Of a stretch of DNA of 64,000 nucleotides, positions 1 through 11,754 are shown piece after piece. The notes under the pieces are model-generated. The model ran no database searches and was not told where the DNA came from. It saw nothing but the letters and a program-made list of their open reading frames with translations. The stretch's first letter is position 1. The number at the start of each line of letters is the position of its first letter. Source of the DNA: Escherichia virus TH22; sequence record MT446396.1; one strand, given 5' to 3'. Made by a program: the position numbers and the translations under genes.

Positions 1-1461
<1,461 letters not shown>

Positions 1462-1465
<4 letters not shown>

Positions 1466-2337
1466 AGTGGTACCCTATTTTTTCTTGGGGCTGGCGGTGC
1501 TGGGTCAACCGGTACAGGAATATCCTGCGAATATGTTTGAACAGATTCACCTTGCCAGTCTTCTTGGTCGACGTCTCGTGGAACAGCTTCCGAGTCAACA
1601 GATTCGAAATTGCCCTCCGGTGCAAGCTCTCTGGAATTTGCAAAGAAGTCAAGATAGATAGTACGGATTTCCCCGGCTACTTCCTTGACCGGTGGATATA
1701 ACCAACCGTTAACTTCGAACATAATGGACCATTCGAGTCTACGACGAGTCATTGCATCACCTTCAATTTGCTCATCCATTGCTATGGACTGCAATACGAT
1801 TCTTATATCACGTTCGAACGTAATTTCATTCGTATAAAGTTCAGTGATGGTTGTATTAAAATGTGGCTGGAAGTAAGGCATGATTTGTTCGATAATCTGG
1901 AACATATCATCTTGATGCCTTGTATATATTCCAAGCTCGAAAATCATTTTGACCGGTACAGGAGAATATTGAGATATCTGCTTGCGAGGGTCGTTATTAG
2001 CAAATCGCGCCTGTGTGTGATTCTGGAGAGCCGTTTTATATTGCCCATTATACATCAAGTCAACCATATGTAGGTTCATACGGGGCAATATGGTCTCGAT
2101 TTTAGCCTTCTGAGCAGCACGTTCTTGTGGTGACATGTCAGGAGTCGGTGTATTCTGAATAGCGGTCCATTTTCCAAGCTGCATCATGAATTTTTCTTTT
2201 GAAGCATAAGAAATAGGGACCTTAATATATTTAAGTCCAGTGTCTTCTCTGGTTCTGGCCACTTGTACATGGGAAAATAAATCGCCCATTAAAACGATAT
2301 AGCGACGCAGAGACGAATTATAAAAATGCCCAAACAA
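1462..2337 (-). CDS. 15: Tail sheath stabilizer/tail completion protein gp15
   Basis: 291-aa ORF between gp14 and gp16 as in T4; overlaps gp16 start by 4 nt. Confidence 0.8.
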
Positions 2338-2349
2338 AGTAACCTCCAG

Positions 2350-2366
2350 GCGCCCAGTTCGGGCGC
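2350..2366 (-). promoter_or_regulatory. Intercistronic GC hairpin between genes 14 and 15
   Basis: Perfect inverted repeat GCGCCC-N5-GGGCGC followed by GGAGG RBS of gene 15; no U-run, so more likely a stabilising/processing structure than a terminator. Confidence 0.3.
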
Positions 2367-2380
2367 ATTAATAAATGTAT

Positions 2381-3166
2381 TTATTCATCAAAGAAACTAT
2401 CGTCAAAGCTATCCTGTTTTGCCTTAGGTGGAGCCTCAAGTCCACGACCATTCTGCACAAAATATGGTTTAACATATTCAGCTGCTTCTGCGTTAATCTC
2501 ATTGGATTCAGCATAAGGGATATCGCTGATATCTGTAAGACCATCGATATTGTGGATTGGTTGTAAATCGAGCTCACTGAATTCTGGAATATTAATACCT
2601 TCATTTCGTTGCAATTCGGGTTTAAGCTCTTCTCCGGAGTAAATGTATTTGCTCGCGGTGATTTTACGGATAGCATTTTGACCTACCTGATAGAATGGGT
2701 CATAAGGTTGCACCCATGTAATTTCGAACAGGCTGTTATCAAGAGGGAAATAAATCAAATCCCCGGCAATAGGTTCAGTTCCATTGCATTGGTGTTTAAA
2801 CAGATTAGGGTTAATGGATATTGTAATTTCATCGTTCACAGTCATACCGAATTTACTAAAGATAGAACCATCACCCTGATATGCATCGAACGTATCCAGA
2901 TATCCAGCAAATTTCCATGCTTTATCAAATTTACTCTGGAGGTCTTCACCAAATAACAAATCCGGTTTAACGAATTGCCTTGGGATATAATAAAGAGACA
3001 TTCCGCGCATCTGAATACTTTCAGCAACAATAGCATCGGCTAAAGTCTGGGTATTTTCATGATGCATAAAGTTTACATAAGGGTTCAATATCTCTGTAGC
3101 ATTGGTATTGTCATACCCGGTCCCGTCTTCGAGCCGGGCGAATAATCTTGCGTCATAAGTAGCCAT
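2381..3166 (-). CDS. 14: Neck protein gp14
   Basis: 261-aa ORF, size and position (13-14-15) match T4 gp14 (~256 aa). Confidence 0.8.
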   Translation of the reverse strand: MATYDARLFARLEDGTGYDNTNATEILNPYVNFMHHENTQTLADAIVAESIQMRGMSLYYIPRQFVKPDLLFGEDLQSKFDKAWKFAGYLDTFDAYQGDGSIFSKFGMTVNDEITISINPNLFKHQCNGTEPIAGDLIYFPLDNSLFEITWVQPYDPFYQVGQNAIRKITASKYIYSGEELKPELQRNEGINIPEFSELDLQPIHNIDGLTDISDIPYAESNEINAEAAEYVKPYFVQNGRGLEAPPKAKQDSFDDSFFDE

Positions 3167-4104
3167 TAGCCCACCAATATAGGAGTCGGTGCATCCAGCA
3201 GGTCAAGTTCCTCACGAAGACGTTCTTTTTCCATACGAGCTTCTTCAATTAAACGAACACCATCAACCGTGGTACCACCTGGCATCATCATCCCCTGGTG
3301 TTTAGCCAATACGTTGCCGTTAACTTCCTTAACGAGCGCCGTGGCATAGTCTTTCACCCAACGGTTGTTGTATGCGCCATCTTGAAGTCCAAGGTCCTCA
3401 CCTGCTCTCATGCCGCTTATTCTGCGTGCCGGGTTATCCCACTGTGCGCCAGCATTCCACGGATTATCACAATCGGCCGAAGCAAAACCATATCCAGCTG
3501 TATTACCTACCATTGAATCCACGCCGTTATACGATTTGGTATAAACTTCAATTACAATCACATCTCCCTGACGGAAGTTGCCCATAATTTTAAGTTGTTC
3601 AGTATCGTCATTATACCAGTAATCCGGAAGCGGAACCATCAGGTCTTGCATCATTGAACGATATTGCATAAGCTGTGTAAAATAACCAAGGTCTGCACCA
3701 AAAGCATTTGGACCAAAGCTGTTACATGAGCTACCCATTCCACCGTTAATCCCGGCCAGTCCCAGAACAAAATCTGTGAACCATGGATATGTAGCTTGAC
3801 CATCCATCGAAGTTAATGAACCGACGTTAGTACGAATAATCTGCGTTACTGCAAAAATATTACGGCCTTTTAAATCGAAAACACCATCGCGAAATTTCTG
3901 TTGTGAAACGTCATCATGACCGATATAAAAAGCCTGATAACCTTTGTTATAACCATTATAATGATATTCGCCATATAATTCTAATGCACGCTGGATGCAA
4001 TCATAGACCTGTTCGGTCGTAACTTCGATATTCGTAATTGGAGCACCAAGACGTCGAAGGATTGCATCTTTTAATTGTTTCGGGTTGTATGATTCAGTTG
4101 CCAT
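3166..4104 (-). CDS. 13: Neck protein gp13
   Basis: 312-aa ORF downstream of wac as in T4 (gp13 ~309 aa); stop overlaps gene 14 start. Confidence 0.8.
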   Translation of the reverse strand: MATESYNPKQLKDAILRRLGAPITNIEVTTEQVYDCIQRALELYGEYHYNGYNKGYQAFYIGHDDVSQQKFRDGVFDLKGRNIFAVTQIIRTNVGSLTSMDGQATYPWFTDFVLGLAGINGGMGSSCNSFGPNAFGADLGYFTQLMQYRSMMQDLMVPLPDYWYNDDTEQLKIMGNFRQGDVIVIEVYTKSYNGVDSMVGNTAGYGFASADCDNPWNAGAQWDNPARRISGMRAGEDLGLQDGAYNNRWVKDYATALVKEVNGNVLAKHQGMMMPGGTTVDGVRLIEEARMEKERLREELDLLDAPTPILVG

Positions 4105-4122
4105 ATGTTTTCCTCTTTACTG

Positions 4123-4130
4123 TATTTATA
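4123..4130 (-). promoter_or_regulatory. T4-type late promoter (TATAAATA) for gene 13
   Basis: Minus strand reads TATAAATAC about 20 nt upstream of gene 13 ATG, just after the wac terminator hairpin. Confidence 0.6.
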
Positions 4131-4132
4131 CG

Positions 4133-4154
4133 AAAAAAGGGCCGAAGCCCTTTT
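4133..4154 (-). terminator. Rho-independent terminator after wac
   Basis: GGGC-TTCG-GCCC hairpin followed by a T-run on the minus strand, immediately after the wac stop. Confidence 0.6.
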
Positions 4155-4155
4155 G

Positions 4156-5781
4156 TTATGGTCCAACAGTCACGAATGTAGACAAAAGAACCCATGCATT
4201 ATCAACGAGCACATAAGGGAGACCATCAGCTGCAGGAGCGACAGGAGGCCTTTTGGCGAGCTCTGTTTCTAAGGCTGATACTTTACCTTCTAAAGTAGTT
4301 ATCTTCGCCTCGGCCGCATCCAGGCGACCAGGGAGCGGAGTTACTGTACCTTCAAGGGTTGTCACGCGAGTGGTTAATGGTGCAATTTTTGCAGTATCGA
4401 GTTTAATTGCATCAATCTCGGTTCTGGTATCGATAATTTCAGTCCAGTTTCCTTGCTTGCGACCATATAACTTATTGTCCAATGGTGCGTCGTTCAGCTT
4501 GGACGCCATCAGCATATCCAAGTTAATTACAACCGGAAGAACACCACGTTCAGCCACGGTAGCACCGTTAGGGTTTGTACCATTCATCTGGCTAGTTAAA
4601 GTCAAAATAGAGCCTTTCATACCAGTGTTATTTGTACCGATTTCGGCCTGTACATCCTGAAGGCCTGATGCAGTTTCGTTAGCCAGTGTAGTGGTCGCAT
4701 TCAACTTATACGTGATAGTGTTTGGCTCCGGAGATTGCTCTGTACCGATTCTCTGAGAAAGCCATGCAGTGGTTCCGCGTAAACCAGAGCTTGAATCCTG
4801 GCCAACAACAACCTGTAAGCCATTAACATCCGAACGCAAAGCACTGATTCGACCATTAATTGTTAACGGTTCCAGAGCGGTGCCGATATCAGCTTCAACC
4901 TTAGCAAGTCTTGGTTTGATATCCACAATATCTGTTTCATTGACCGAAACACGTCCACCAAGATTTTCAACGCGAGTTGTAATTGCAAGTCCGGTACCAA
5001 AACCAATAGCTTCTTGAATGTTGGCAATATCTTCGTCAATTTCAACTGCTTTACCATCAAGAGTATTCAGTCGAACAAATACAGCCGGTTTACCTGTTGC
5101 TAAAGTAGACTCACCTAATTCTTCACGAATTTTAATTACTTTTACGTTAAGAGAACCAACATCAGAATCATGATAGTTATCTTCAAGAGTCTTAATACGA
5201 ACTCCATGAGCAACAATAGCCGAACTGTTATCGATGATGCGGCGTTTCATGCCTTTTGACGGATTGCCGATAACCTGGAGACCATTTATATCTTGGTCAA
5301 CATACTGGCCTAATTCATTTTTAATCCATACGAGGTCATTACGAACTGTGCGATAATATGAATCGGTTAACGGGTCATAAACACCAACATCTTCTTTTAA
5401 CTTTTTAAGGTCTTCAGATGTTTCGCTTGATAACAATTCGGTATTAAATTGACGTTCATCAAGGTCAAGAATATCCGTACGGTTTTTTTCAATTTGTTTA
5501 ACAACTTCCGTGTTAGTTGTTATATTCAAAGCTTCCTGAATATTATTGACGTTATCAATAATTTCGTTTATTTTTTCTTTAGATGCATTTGAGTTGTCGT
5601 CGAGTGTATCTACGTTTGTTTGAACGCCAACTGCAGCGGCGTTCAAATTACCATCATGACCATATTTGGTACTGGCCGCAGTCATACAATCGCCGTTTTG
5701 TATCCAACGAATTCTCTGTTGACCTTCGTCTGGAATACCGATGCTATACGGCAGTTCTTTGAGACTGAGTTTATTAATCAT
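4156..5781 (-). CDS. wac: Fibritin (whisker antigen control), neck whiskers
   Basis: C-terminus ...GLPYVLVDNAWVLLSTFV resembles the T4 fibritin foldon; long coiled-coil-like body; start set at MINKLSL (5781), 9 nt after gp12 stop, not the upstream in-frame Met of the track ORF. Confidence 0.85.
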   Translation of the reverse strand: MINKLSLKELPYSIGIPDEGQQRIRWIQNGDCMTAASTKYGHDGNLNAAAVGVQTNVDTLDDNSNASKEKINEIIDNVNNIQEALNITTNTEVVKQIEKNRTDILDLDERQFNTELLSSETSEDLKKLKEDVGVYDPLTDSYYRTVRNDLVWIKNELGQYVDQDINGLQVIGNPSKGMKRRIIDNSSAIVAHGVRIKTLEDNYHDSDVGSLNVKVIKIREELGESTLATGKPAVFVRLNTLDGKAVEIDEDIANIQEAIGFGTGLAITTRVENLGGRVSVNETDIVDIKPRLAKVEADIGTALEPLTINGRISALRSDVNGLQVVVGQDSSSGLRGTTAWLSQRIGTEQSPEPNTITYKLNATTTLANETASGLQDVQAEIGTNNTGMKGSILTLTSQMNGTNPNGATVAERGVLPVVINLDMLMASKLNDAPLDNKLYGRKQGNWTEIIDTRTEIDAIKLDTAKIAPLTTRVTTLEGTVTPLPGRLDAAEAKITTLEGKVSALETELAKRPPVAPAADGLPYVLVDNAWVLLSTFVTVGP

Positions 5782-5789
5782 TTTGGTCC

Positions 5790-7340
5790 TTAGTAATGAA
5801 TTTTGATAATATAGTTTAAAGACATATTCCATGGGCGAGTTTCATAACCAATAAGACCTTCACGGTTTAACGTACCTAAAGCATCTCTGCCGCCACCGAG
5901 TTCAAATCCATCGTTAGTAAAATATGAAGCGTTATCCCAGTCTGCATATTTTCTTGTACCCAGATAACCTTGATAAACTGATGCACCAAATGGAGCTTCG
6001 TTACGTTGGTATTCACCCCAACCACCCGCGTGTTTATGATATGACATTTGCTGAGCTTGTACACCACCGACCCATGAACCATCACAACCAACACCCAAAC
6101 GGTCTTTGCCATAACCATCTTGACCGCGGTTATTCAGAATATGTCCACCGGTACCAGCACCACGAACAAACAAACCACGCATATCAGGAATACCGACGTT
6201 GGTCCAATCGCCACCGAAACGAGTTCCAACAGTATTTCGATAGTCAGGGAATTGGTCACCATTAACGGTGCCGCCGTGACACATAATCCAGCCAGGAGGA
6301 GCACTATCACCTGCGAACATCATCACCGTTCCAACTGGAACCCGTTCAGAAGCATAACGCTGTGTAGAAAGTAATTGACCGCCCATATGAGCTGTATTGG
6401 AATCAAAATTGCCGGTGGAAATATAATCTAAAGAAAGACTTCCATTAATTCGTTGACCACCGCGAGTGTTGATTACATCAGCATTCCAAGCCAGTGCACC
6501 GGCACCATCACCACCAGGAGCAACCCCAGCCTGAGTAGTTAATCTAACGACGCCGCGATTATCGGTTGTGGCTCCACGACCATTAAGAGTTGCGCCAGTT
6601 ACCGCAACACCATCAGCACTGTTATTAATCTCTGACTGATTACCAAGACGAATAATCCCAGCGCGGTCTTGTGTTGCTGTACGAGCATTTAAACCTGCTG
6701 GAGAAATTGCTACACCGTCACCCAGGGTTCCTGCTTGCACTTCAGCATTTGTAGCAATTCGTACTAAACCAGAAACAGTTTGTGTGGCAGTTGAATAAGT
6801 TGGAAGCGCCGCTGTTGCTTTGCCAATTGCCAGAGCAACTTTCAACGGAGACATAGCGGTTGTGTCATCTGTGCCAGCTAAAGCTGCATCCTCGGTACTA
6901 ATACGAAGAACACCCAGGTTATTTTCAGTACCAACACGAACAGTAAAAACATCATCAATTGTTGCTTTTAATGAAGATGGAACAATAGCTGCATCGGTTA
7001 CTGTCCCGGCAATTGCTTCGGCATTGGTTGCATAACGGGTAATACCTACATAAGTTTCTGTAGCTTGCGTAGGAATGTCTAAACGAGCTTTTAAGGTCGC
7101 TGGAGTAACTGCAGAGTCTGGACTAATACCATCAATAACTTCTTGTGTGGTGGCTAGCCTGATGAGTCCTGCGGTCGTTTCGGATGAGGCTGGGATATAT
7201 CCATCTAACGCAATTTTATTAAGAGACCCTAAAGCCTCTTGCACGTTGGTAACAGTCGACGGGAAAGCTGTTCCCGTCGGGTCGAATGTTTTATATTCGG
7301 ATTTATCGCTAATGTGTTTTAGCGTGTTAGTCGTTGTCAT
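5790..7340 (-). CDS. 12: Short tail fiber gp12
   Basis: 516 aa; C-terminal motifs IPVGTVMMFAGDSAPPGW, LPDMRGLFVRG, SYHKHAGG, ETRPWNMSLNYIIK match T4 gp12 receptor-binding domain. Confidence 0.9.
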   Translation of the reverse strand: MTTTNTLKHISDKSEYKTFDPTGTAFPSTVTNVQEALGSLNKIALDGYIPASSETTAGLIRLATTQEVIDGISPDSAVTPATLKARLDIPTQATETYVGITRYATNAEAIAGTVTDAAIVPSSLKATIDDVFTVRVGTENNLGVLRISTEDAALAGTDDTTAMSPLKVALAIGKATAALPTYSTATQTVSGLVRIATNAEVQAGTLGDGVAISPAGLNARTATQDRAGIIRLGNQSEINNSADGVAVTGATLNGRGATTDNRGVVRLTTQAGVAPGGDGAGALAWNADVINTRGGQRINGSLSLDYISTGNFDSNTAHMGGQLLSTQRYASERVPVGTVMMFAGDSAPPGWIMCHGGTVNGDQFPDYRNTVGTRFGGDWTNVGIPDMRGLFVRGAGTGGHILNNRGQDGYGKDRLGVGCDGSWVGGVQAQQMSYHKHAGGWGEYQRNEAPFGASVYQGYLGTRKYADWDNASYFTNDGFELGGGRDALGTLNREGLIGYETRPWNMSLNYIIKIHY

Positions 7341-8005
7341 TACGATACTCGCTTATAATGGTAAAGTGAAATTGCGCCATCTGCTGTGCCACCTGATAAT
7401 GTCTGGGTTGAAGTTCCAAGATATTCCCAGGAACCATAACCACCGCGCGGTTGCTGTATAATAGTCTGGCTAAGCGTACAACCATATTGAGCAAAAGGTG
7501 CAAAATTATGGTTTTGATAGTCGTTATATGTAATATTTAATATAGACTGGTCTACACTATCAATTGCAGAGCTTGACACAATTAAACTATCAGCAACAGC
7601 CGCCAGCAAAGCATCGTTAACCTTGGAAGCAACTAATACAGCCGAATCCCCGACAATAACCTCAACTGGAATACCAAAAATGAAAAATAAAACAGTATCA
7701 CCAACCCCAGCACCAGAAATAGACCCGGTAAATTTAATTTTATCCGACTGACTGATTGCTGCAGGAGAAAGGTTATTCGTATTAGTAATTACACTGCCAA
7801 CCGGAAGCTCATATCGAAACGCAATATCATCTATTGCGCTCTGAACTGTTGGATAAAAAATACCTTCGGTTGTTTGTGTTGCGGATGGGCCGCCGATTGC
7901 TCGTTGACCCATGACAGCCGTAATATTTTTTGATGTATTTTGAAATTCTAAGCAACTAGCAAGGCGGGAAATTACTCCAGCCTTTTTATTCGTTAATGTT
8001 TTCAT
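7340..8005 (-). CDS. 11: Baseplate wedge protein gp11
   Basis: 221 aa, N-terminus M..NKKAGVISRLA resembles T4 gp11; T4 order 10-11-12. Confidence 0.85.
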   Translation of the reverse strand: MKTLTNKKAGVISRLASCLEFQNTSKNITAVMGQRAIGGPSATQTTEGIFYPTVQSAIDDIAFRYELPVGSVITNTNNLSPAAISQSDKIKFTGSISGAGVGDTVLFFIFGIPVEVIVGDSAVLVASKVNDALLAAVADSLIVSSSAIDSVDQSILNITYNDYQNHNFAPFAQYGCTLSQTIIQQPRGGYGSWEYLGTSTQTLSGGTADGAISLYHYKRVS

Positions 8006-9816
8006 TAAGCAATCCTTACCCAGCGATGAGCAATCAAATATGGAGGCATTGTATAAACCGGTTGAGCTTGAGGGTCTTGCGCCTGATTAATGGTGGCTTT
8101 GTCTTCTCTGTATTTGGTATAGGCTGGACCTTGTGCATCTGGGTCTACCTGACAACCACCGACAACAATCGGGCCATTATCATCAACAACTAAAACCTTC
8201 TCATCAGTTTCAAGTTTAGGTACGTTTATATCTTTAATATGAACTTCAACGCTACCACCTGTACCACCTGCTGTCGCTTGTGGGTTACCACCAGAATCCA
8301 GGTCATTATTGTTTGTATGGAAGTTTGAGGCAGGGTCGTCTGACCAGGCAACAATTACACGTTCTTTCAAACGTTTCCATGAACCAAATCCCATATAAGT
8401 AACCGGGTTATTTGGGTTAACCGTATTTTCGTAAATTGTACCGACCGGATAGAATAATTCAAAGATAACGCCAACAGAAGATGGAACAACTTCCTGAAGA
8501 CCGACTGGTTCAACGTTTGGTGCAAACGGATTATCAAAATCTGTAATACGCACACGACCGGTTAGGCTCAACGTATTTCCCTGAGAAACATAAAGAGTAT
8601 CAGTCTCATCACGGATTTCATCCATGGTCATAGTTGTGCCGATATCGTTATTGTACCAAATGACTGACAGAATATCACCGTCTTCAAATTCACGGTAAAT
8701 GCTAATGCCTTCGATACGGTTATCATCATCAAATTGCAGCAAATAATCCTGGTTTGATTCAGACCAGCTACCACCATTTGCACTACATTCTGCAGCAGTA
8801 GAACCTTGTGCACCTTCACAATAAAATACTGGAGTTCCCGCAGTACCAGCTTGATGTTGCAAAATACTGTTAATGAATACCTGACATGCGTTTGGGTTAA
8901 TTGGGCTACCAGGAGAAATACCAAGTTCTTCAATTGTAAAGGTGTGTTTGGTTGTCAAATCTGTAACAATCAAAGAACCATTAATTGTTGTTTCTTTGGT
9001 CCTGTCTTGACTACGAACAAGTATATCACGACGATTATACGAACTACGCCATTGAGCAATACCATCATTAAATGTTCGGATGATAACAGTATCACCTTCA
9101 GCACATGGCATTTTCAGACGGATGCTTTTACCATCAAGCGCAACGATTTCACCAGGGTTTGCACCAGGGGAACCAAATTCAGCATTCACCGGGTCAAAAA
9201 TATCATCTTTACCATAAAACAGGTCGTTACCACGATGTTTGACTTCTAAGTTCGATACGCTATATGGAATAGCACCAAACACATTGATAAAGTCAGTTTG
9301 TCCTTCGGTGGCAATAAACTGTTGGGATGCAACTGTGGCAACGTCGTTATTTGAAATTTTATCGACTTGTTTATTATCGATATATTCCCAACGACCTGGT
9401 GAACAATATACAAGTTCAAGGTCAGCTAAGTTGCGTTTAATTTCTACTGGATTCGGTGAGCCTTTAATCGTATCCCCGACTGCAGGAACAATTGTCACCG
9501 GGTTGATTTGCCAGGTAGCAAACACATCACGCAAGCGAATTACATAATTGTATTCTTGAGTTGTTCCTTTCGGAAGGACGACTCGAACGGCACCCGCTGA
9601 TGTATCGATGGTATAGCTTCGGCCCATAACAGCGGACAACTCGGTACCTTCTTGCGTAGTCCAAGTTTTCCATGCACCAGCTGCATGGGGATTTTCACCG
9701 TCCCCTAGCTGATAATAAAGGTCATCAAAGTTATTATTTATTTTTTGACCGCCGAGACGAAGGTAATCACCAGTACCATCATCAACCATATTGCCAATTT
9801 TTAAATTCTGTTTCAT
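8005..9816 (-). CDS. 10: Baseplate wedge protein gp10
   Basis: 603 aa (T4 gp10 ~602 aa); between gp9 and gp11. Confidence 0.85.
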   Translation of the reverse strand: MKQNLKIGNMVDDGTGDYLRLGGQKINNNFDDLYYQLGDGENPHAAGAWKTWTTQEGTELSAVMGRSYTIDTSAGAVRVVLPKGTTQEYNYVIRLRDVFATWQINPVTIVPAVGDTIKGSPNPVEIKRNLADLELVYCSPGRWEYIDNKQVDKISNNDVATVASQQFIATEGQTDFINVFGAIPYSVSNLEVKHRGNDLFYGKDDIFDPVNAEFGSPGANPGEIVALDGKSIRLKMPCAEGDTVIIRTFNDGIAQWRSSYNRRDILVRSQDRTKETTINGSLIVTDLTTKHTFTIEELGISPGSPINPNACQVFINSILQHQAGTAGTPVFYCEGAQGSTAAECSANGGSWSESNQDYLLQFDDDNRIEGISIYREFEDGDILSVIWYNNDIGTTMTMDEIRDETDTLYVSQGNTLSLTGRVRITDFDNPFAPNVEPVGLQEVVPSSVGVIFELFYPVGTIYENTVNPNNPVTYMGFGSWKRLKERVIVAWSDDPASNFHTNNNDLDSGGNPQATAGGTGGSVEVHIKDINVPKLETDEKVLVVDDNGPIVVGGCQVDPDAQGPAYTKYREDKATINQAQDPQAQPVYTMPPYLIAHRWVRIA

Positions 9817-10685
9817 TATACCGGTACTCCGATTGTTTGGGCGGAAATTACTTTAATAGCGAGCTTCATGGCAGTGGGTGAGCTTATAGCCGCCTGTATG
9901 ATGTCCTGGTTATCAATTCTAAAATCGATAGCATATATCTCATCATCGTCGTTAGCTTGTCCACGTCTGATTACAGCGTATTCTGTGCTATATACCTTGC
10001 GGTCCTTAAGGTCGATGTAAAGTAACATTTCTGATGCTTTGTATTTAGTTTCGTCTGTTGAAATAGCCGTAAGCATCAATTTGATAGTTTTATAATCTGC
10101 GCGGTAAGCGATTGGAATATCACGAACAACCGAGCTCATATTGTATGTTTTGTCGAGCAATACAGATTGGTTACCAAACATACTTTCAATTTTGTAGTCC
10201 CAGGTCCCTACGCCGTTAGCATCGTCAATACACCACAATGTAATTTTTGTATAAGGCTGAGTAAATTTCATTTTGTTCGTTGCAGCGGTCAGGAATGAAT
10301 CCGTGCCTTGTAGTTCAACTTCCAGAGGCATCGAGGTAGATAATGAACCATTGGAGTTAATAAAGATAACACCTTCGCCTGCTTTACCTTTTGCAATTCT
10401 TGCGGTGATAACACCTTCGGCAGTATTGACATCACGCATAGAACCGAGAGCAACAGTTGAGTTCCATTCGATGATATTTGTAGCTTTTTGATAGTACCCA
10501 GTCGCATGAAGGACCTGGGTGTTTTCTCCATTGTTCACAGAGTACAGACGTTGGTCGCCAAATGTATTATACAAACTGTCTAAATCCACGTTCAGTTTAC
10601 GACCGCCTTCATATAGAATATCACCGGTGCTAGCGTTACCAATCTCGCCGATGTCTACTAATAATTTTGGGGTTTGATTAATCAT
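9816..10685 (-). CDS. 9: Baseplate wedge protein gp9 (long tail fiber socket)
   Basis: 289 aa (T4 gp9 ~288 aa); preceded by its own late promoter as in T4. Confidence 0.8.
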   Translation of the reverse strand: MINQTPKLLVDIGEIGNASTGDILYEGGRKLNVDLDSLYNTFGDQRLYSVNNGENTQVLHATGYYQKATNIIEWNSTVALGSMRDVNTAEGVITARIAKGKAGEGVIFINSNGSLSTSMPLEVELQGTDSFLTAATNKMKFTQPYTKITLWCIDDANGVGTWDYKIESMFGNQSVLLDKTYNMSSVVRDIPIAYRADYKTIKLMLTAISTDETKYKASEMLLYIDLKDRKVYSTEYAVIRRGQANDDDEIYAIDFRIDNQDIIQAAISSPTAMKLAIKVISAQTIGVPV

Positions 10686-10712
10686 AGGTAAGCCTCGTTA
10701 TTGATATAGCTA

Positions 10713-10720
10713 TATTTATA
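10713..10720 (-). promoter_or_regulatory. T4-type late promoter (TATAAATA) for gene 9
   Basis: Minus strand reads TATAAATA ~28 nt upstream of gene 9 ATG, downstream of the gene 8 terminator. Confidence 0.6.
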
Positions 10721-10724
10721 GAAT

Positions 10725-10746
10725 AAAAAAGGGACCCGAAGGTCCC
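10725..10746 (-). terminator. Rho-independent terminator after gene 8
   Basis: GGGACC-TTCG-GGTCCC hairpin followed by TTTTTT on the minus strand. Confidence 0.65.
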
Positions 10747-10749
10747 TAG

Positions 10750-11754
10750 TTAGAATTCAAAAATAATGTTAACTTCTTCTGTCTGGTCCATTGCACGAAT
10801 AATTGGTGGGCGGTTTTCCATATAAATCATTTCCCCAGAATGACGGTCCAAATCAATTGCATCGTAGTATTCTTTGATTGCTTTGATATTTGGGTCATTA
10901 GGATGTACTTTAACTTCAAGTGGGTTGGATATAATCGACAGCTGTCGGAAGCCTTTGTTTCCCGGGAGACTGAATTCCGGGAAGTAAATGGAATCCATAA
11001 ATGCTTTAAATCTGATTGTATATCCTTTGATTCTATATATTAAACCGAAATCATCTTGTTGCCAGCTGATATTATCTTTGTAACCCCAGCGTGACGGGTC
11101 TTCTTCGATTTCTTCAGGCCATGGAACAACAATATATTCGTTAGTACAACGGTTGATGGATACATCAGGCGGAATCTCATACAAATATTCCCAGAGATAA
11201 CCATCGCCCATATCAACTCGTCCTTCAGTGTCGCCAGTCCCTGCTGGAGCTCTCGTCGAGTTATATTCTGCCGTCCATTTACCACCGAGTTTTAAGCACT
11301 CTTCTTTATTGATAATGGAATAAATGGAGCAAGTCCCAACATCAGGAACATCCACGCAACGATAAACCATCCAACCTTTACCAACATCAGTTCGGTTATA
11401 TGGAGCACTGTTAGCTACAACAATTTCCCCTACCTGGAAGTTAAGCGGATTAGGATATCTGATATCGCCCCAGTCTTTACGTGGGACAACACAATCAAGC
11501 ATTGACTTATAAACTTTGACTGCCCCCATCATATTGGTCCAAGTATCTTCAACACCTTGTGCTGTATCAACCGGATAAGGAGGGGCGAACCCCGGGTCAT
11601 TCTCATTCGAAGCCCAGGGTTCAGCCCGACCGAATGTTACATACATCGTATTCTGGTCAGGCTCGTTACCAATCATTTTATAAAAGTTATACATTTTTTC
11701 AGTTCGAAATTTCGAGGTAATTATCGAACGATAAACTACAGATGAATTATTCAT
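10750..11754 (-). CDS. 8: Baseplate wedge protein gp8
   Basis: 334 aa, identical in length to T4 gp8; overlaps gp7 stop. Confidence 0.8.
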   Translation of the reverse strand: MNNSSVVYRSIITSKFRTEKMYNFYKMIGNEPDQNTMYVTFGRAEPWASNENDPGFAPPYPVDTAQGVEDTWTNMMGAVKVYKSMLDCVVPRKDWGDIRYPNPLNFQVGEIVVANSAPYNRTDVGKGWMVYRCVDVPDVGTCSIYSIINKEECLKLGGKWTAEYNSTRAPAGTGDTEGRVDMGDGYLWEYLYEIPPDVSINRCTNEYIVVPWPEEIEEDPSRWGYKDNISWQQDDFGLIYRIKGYTIRFKAFMDSIYFPEFSLPGNKGFRQLSIISNPLEVKVHPNDPNIKAIKEYYDAIDLDRHSGEMIYMENRPPIIRAMDQTEEVNIIFEF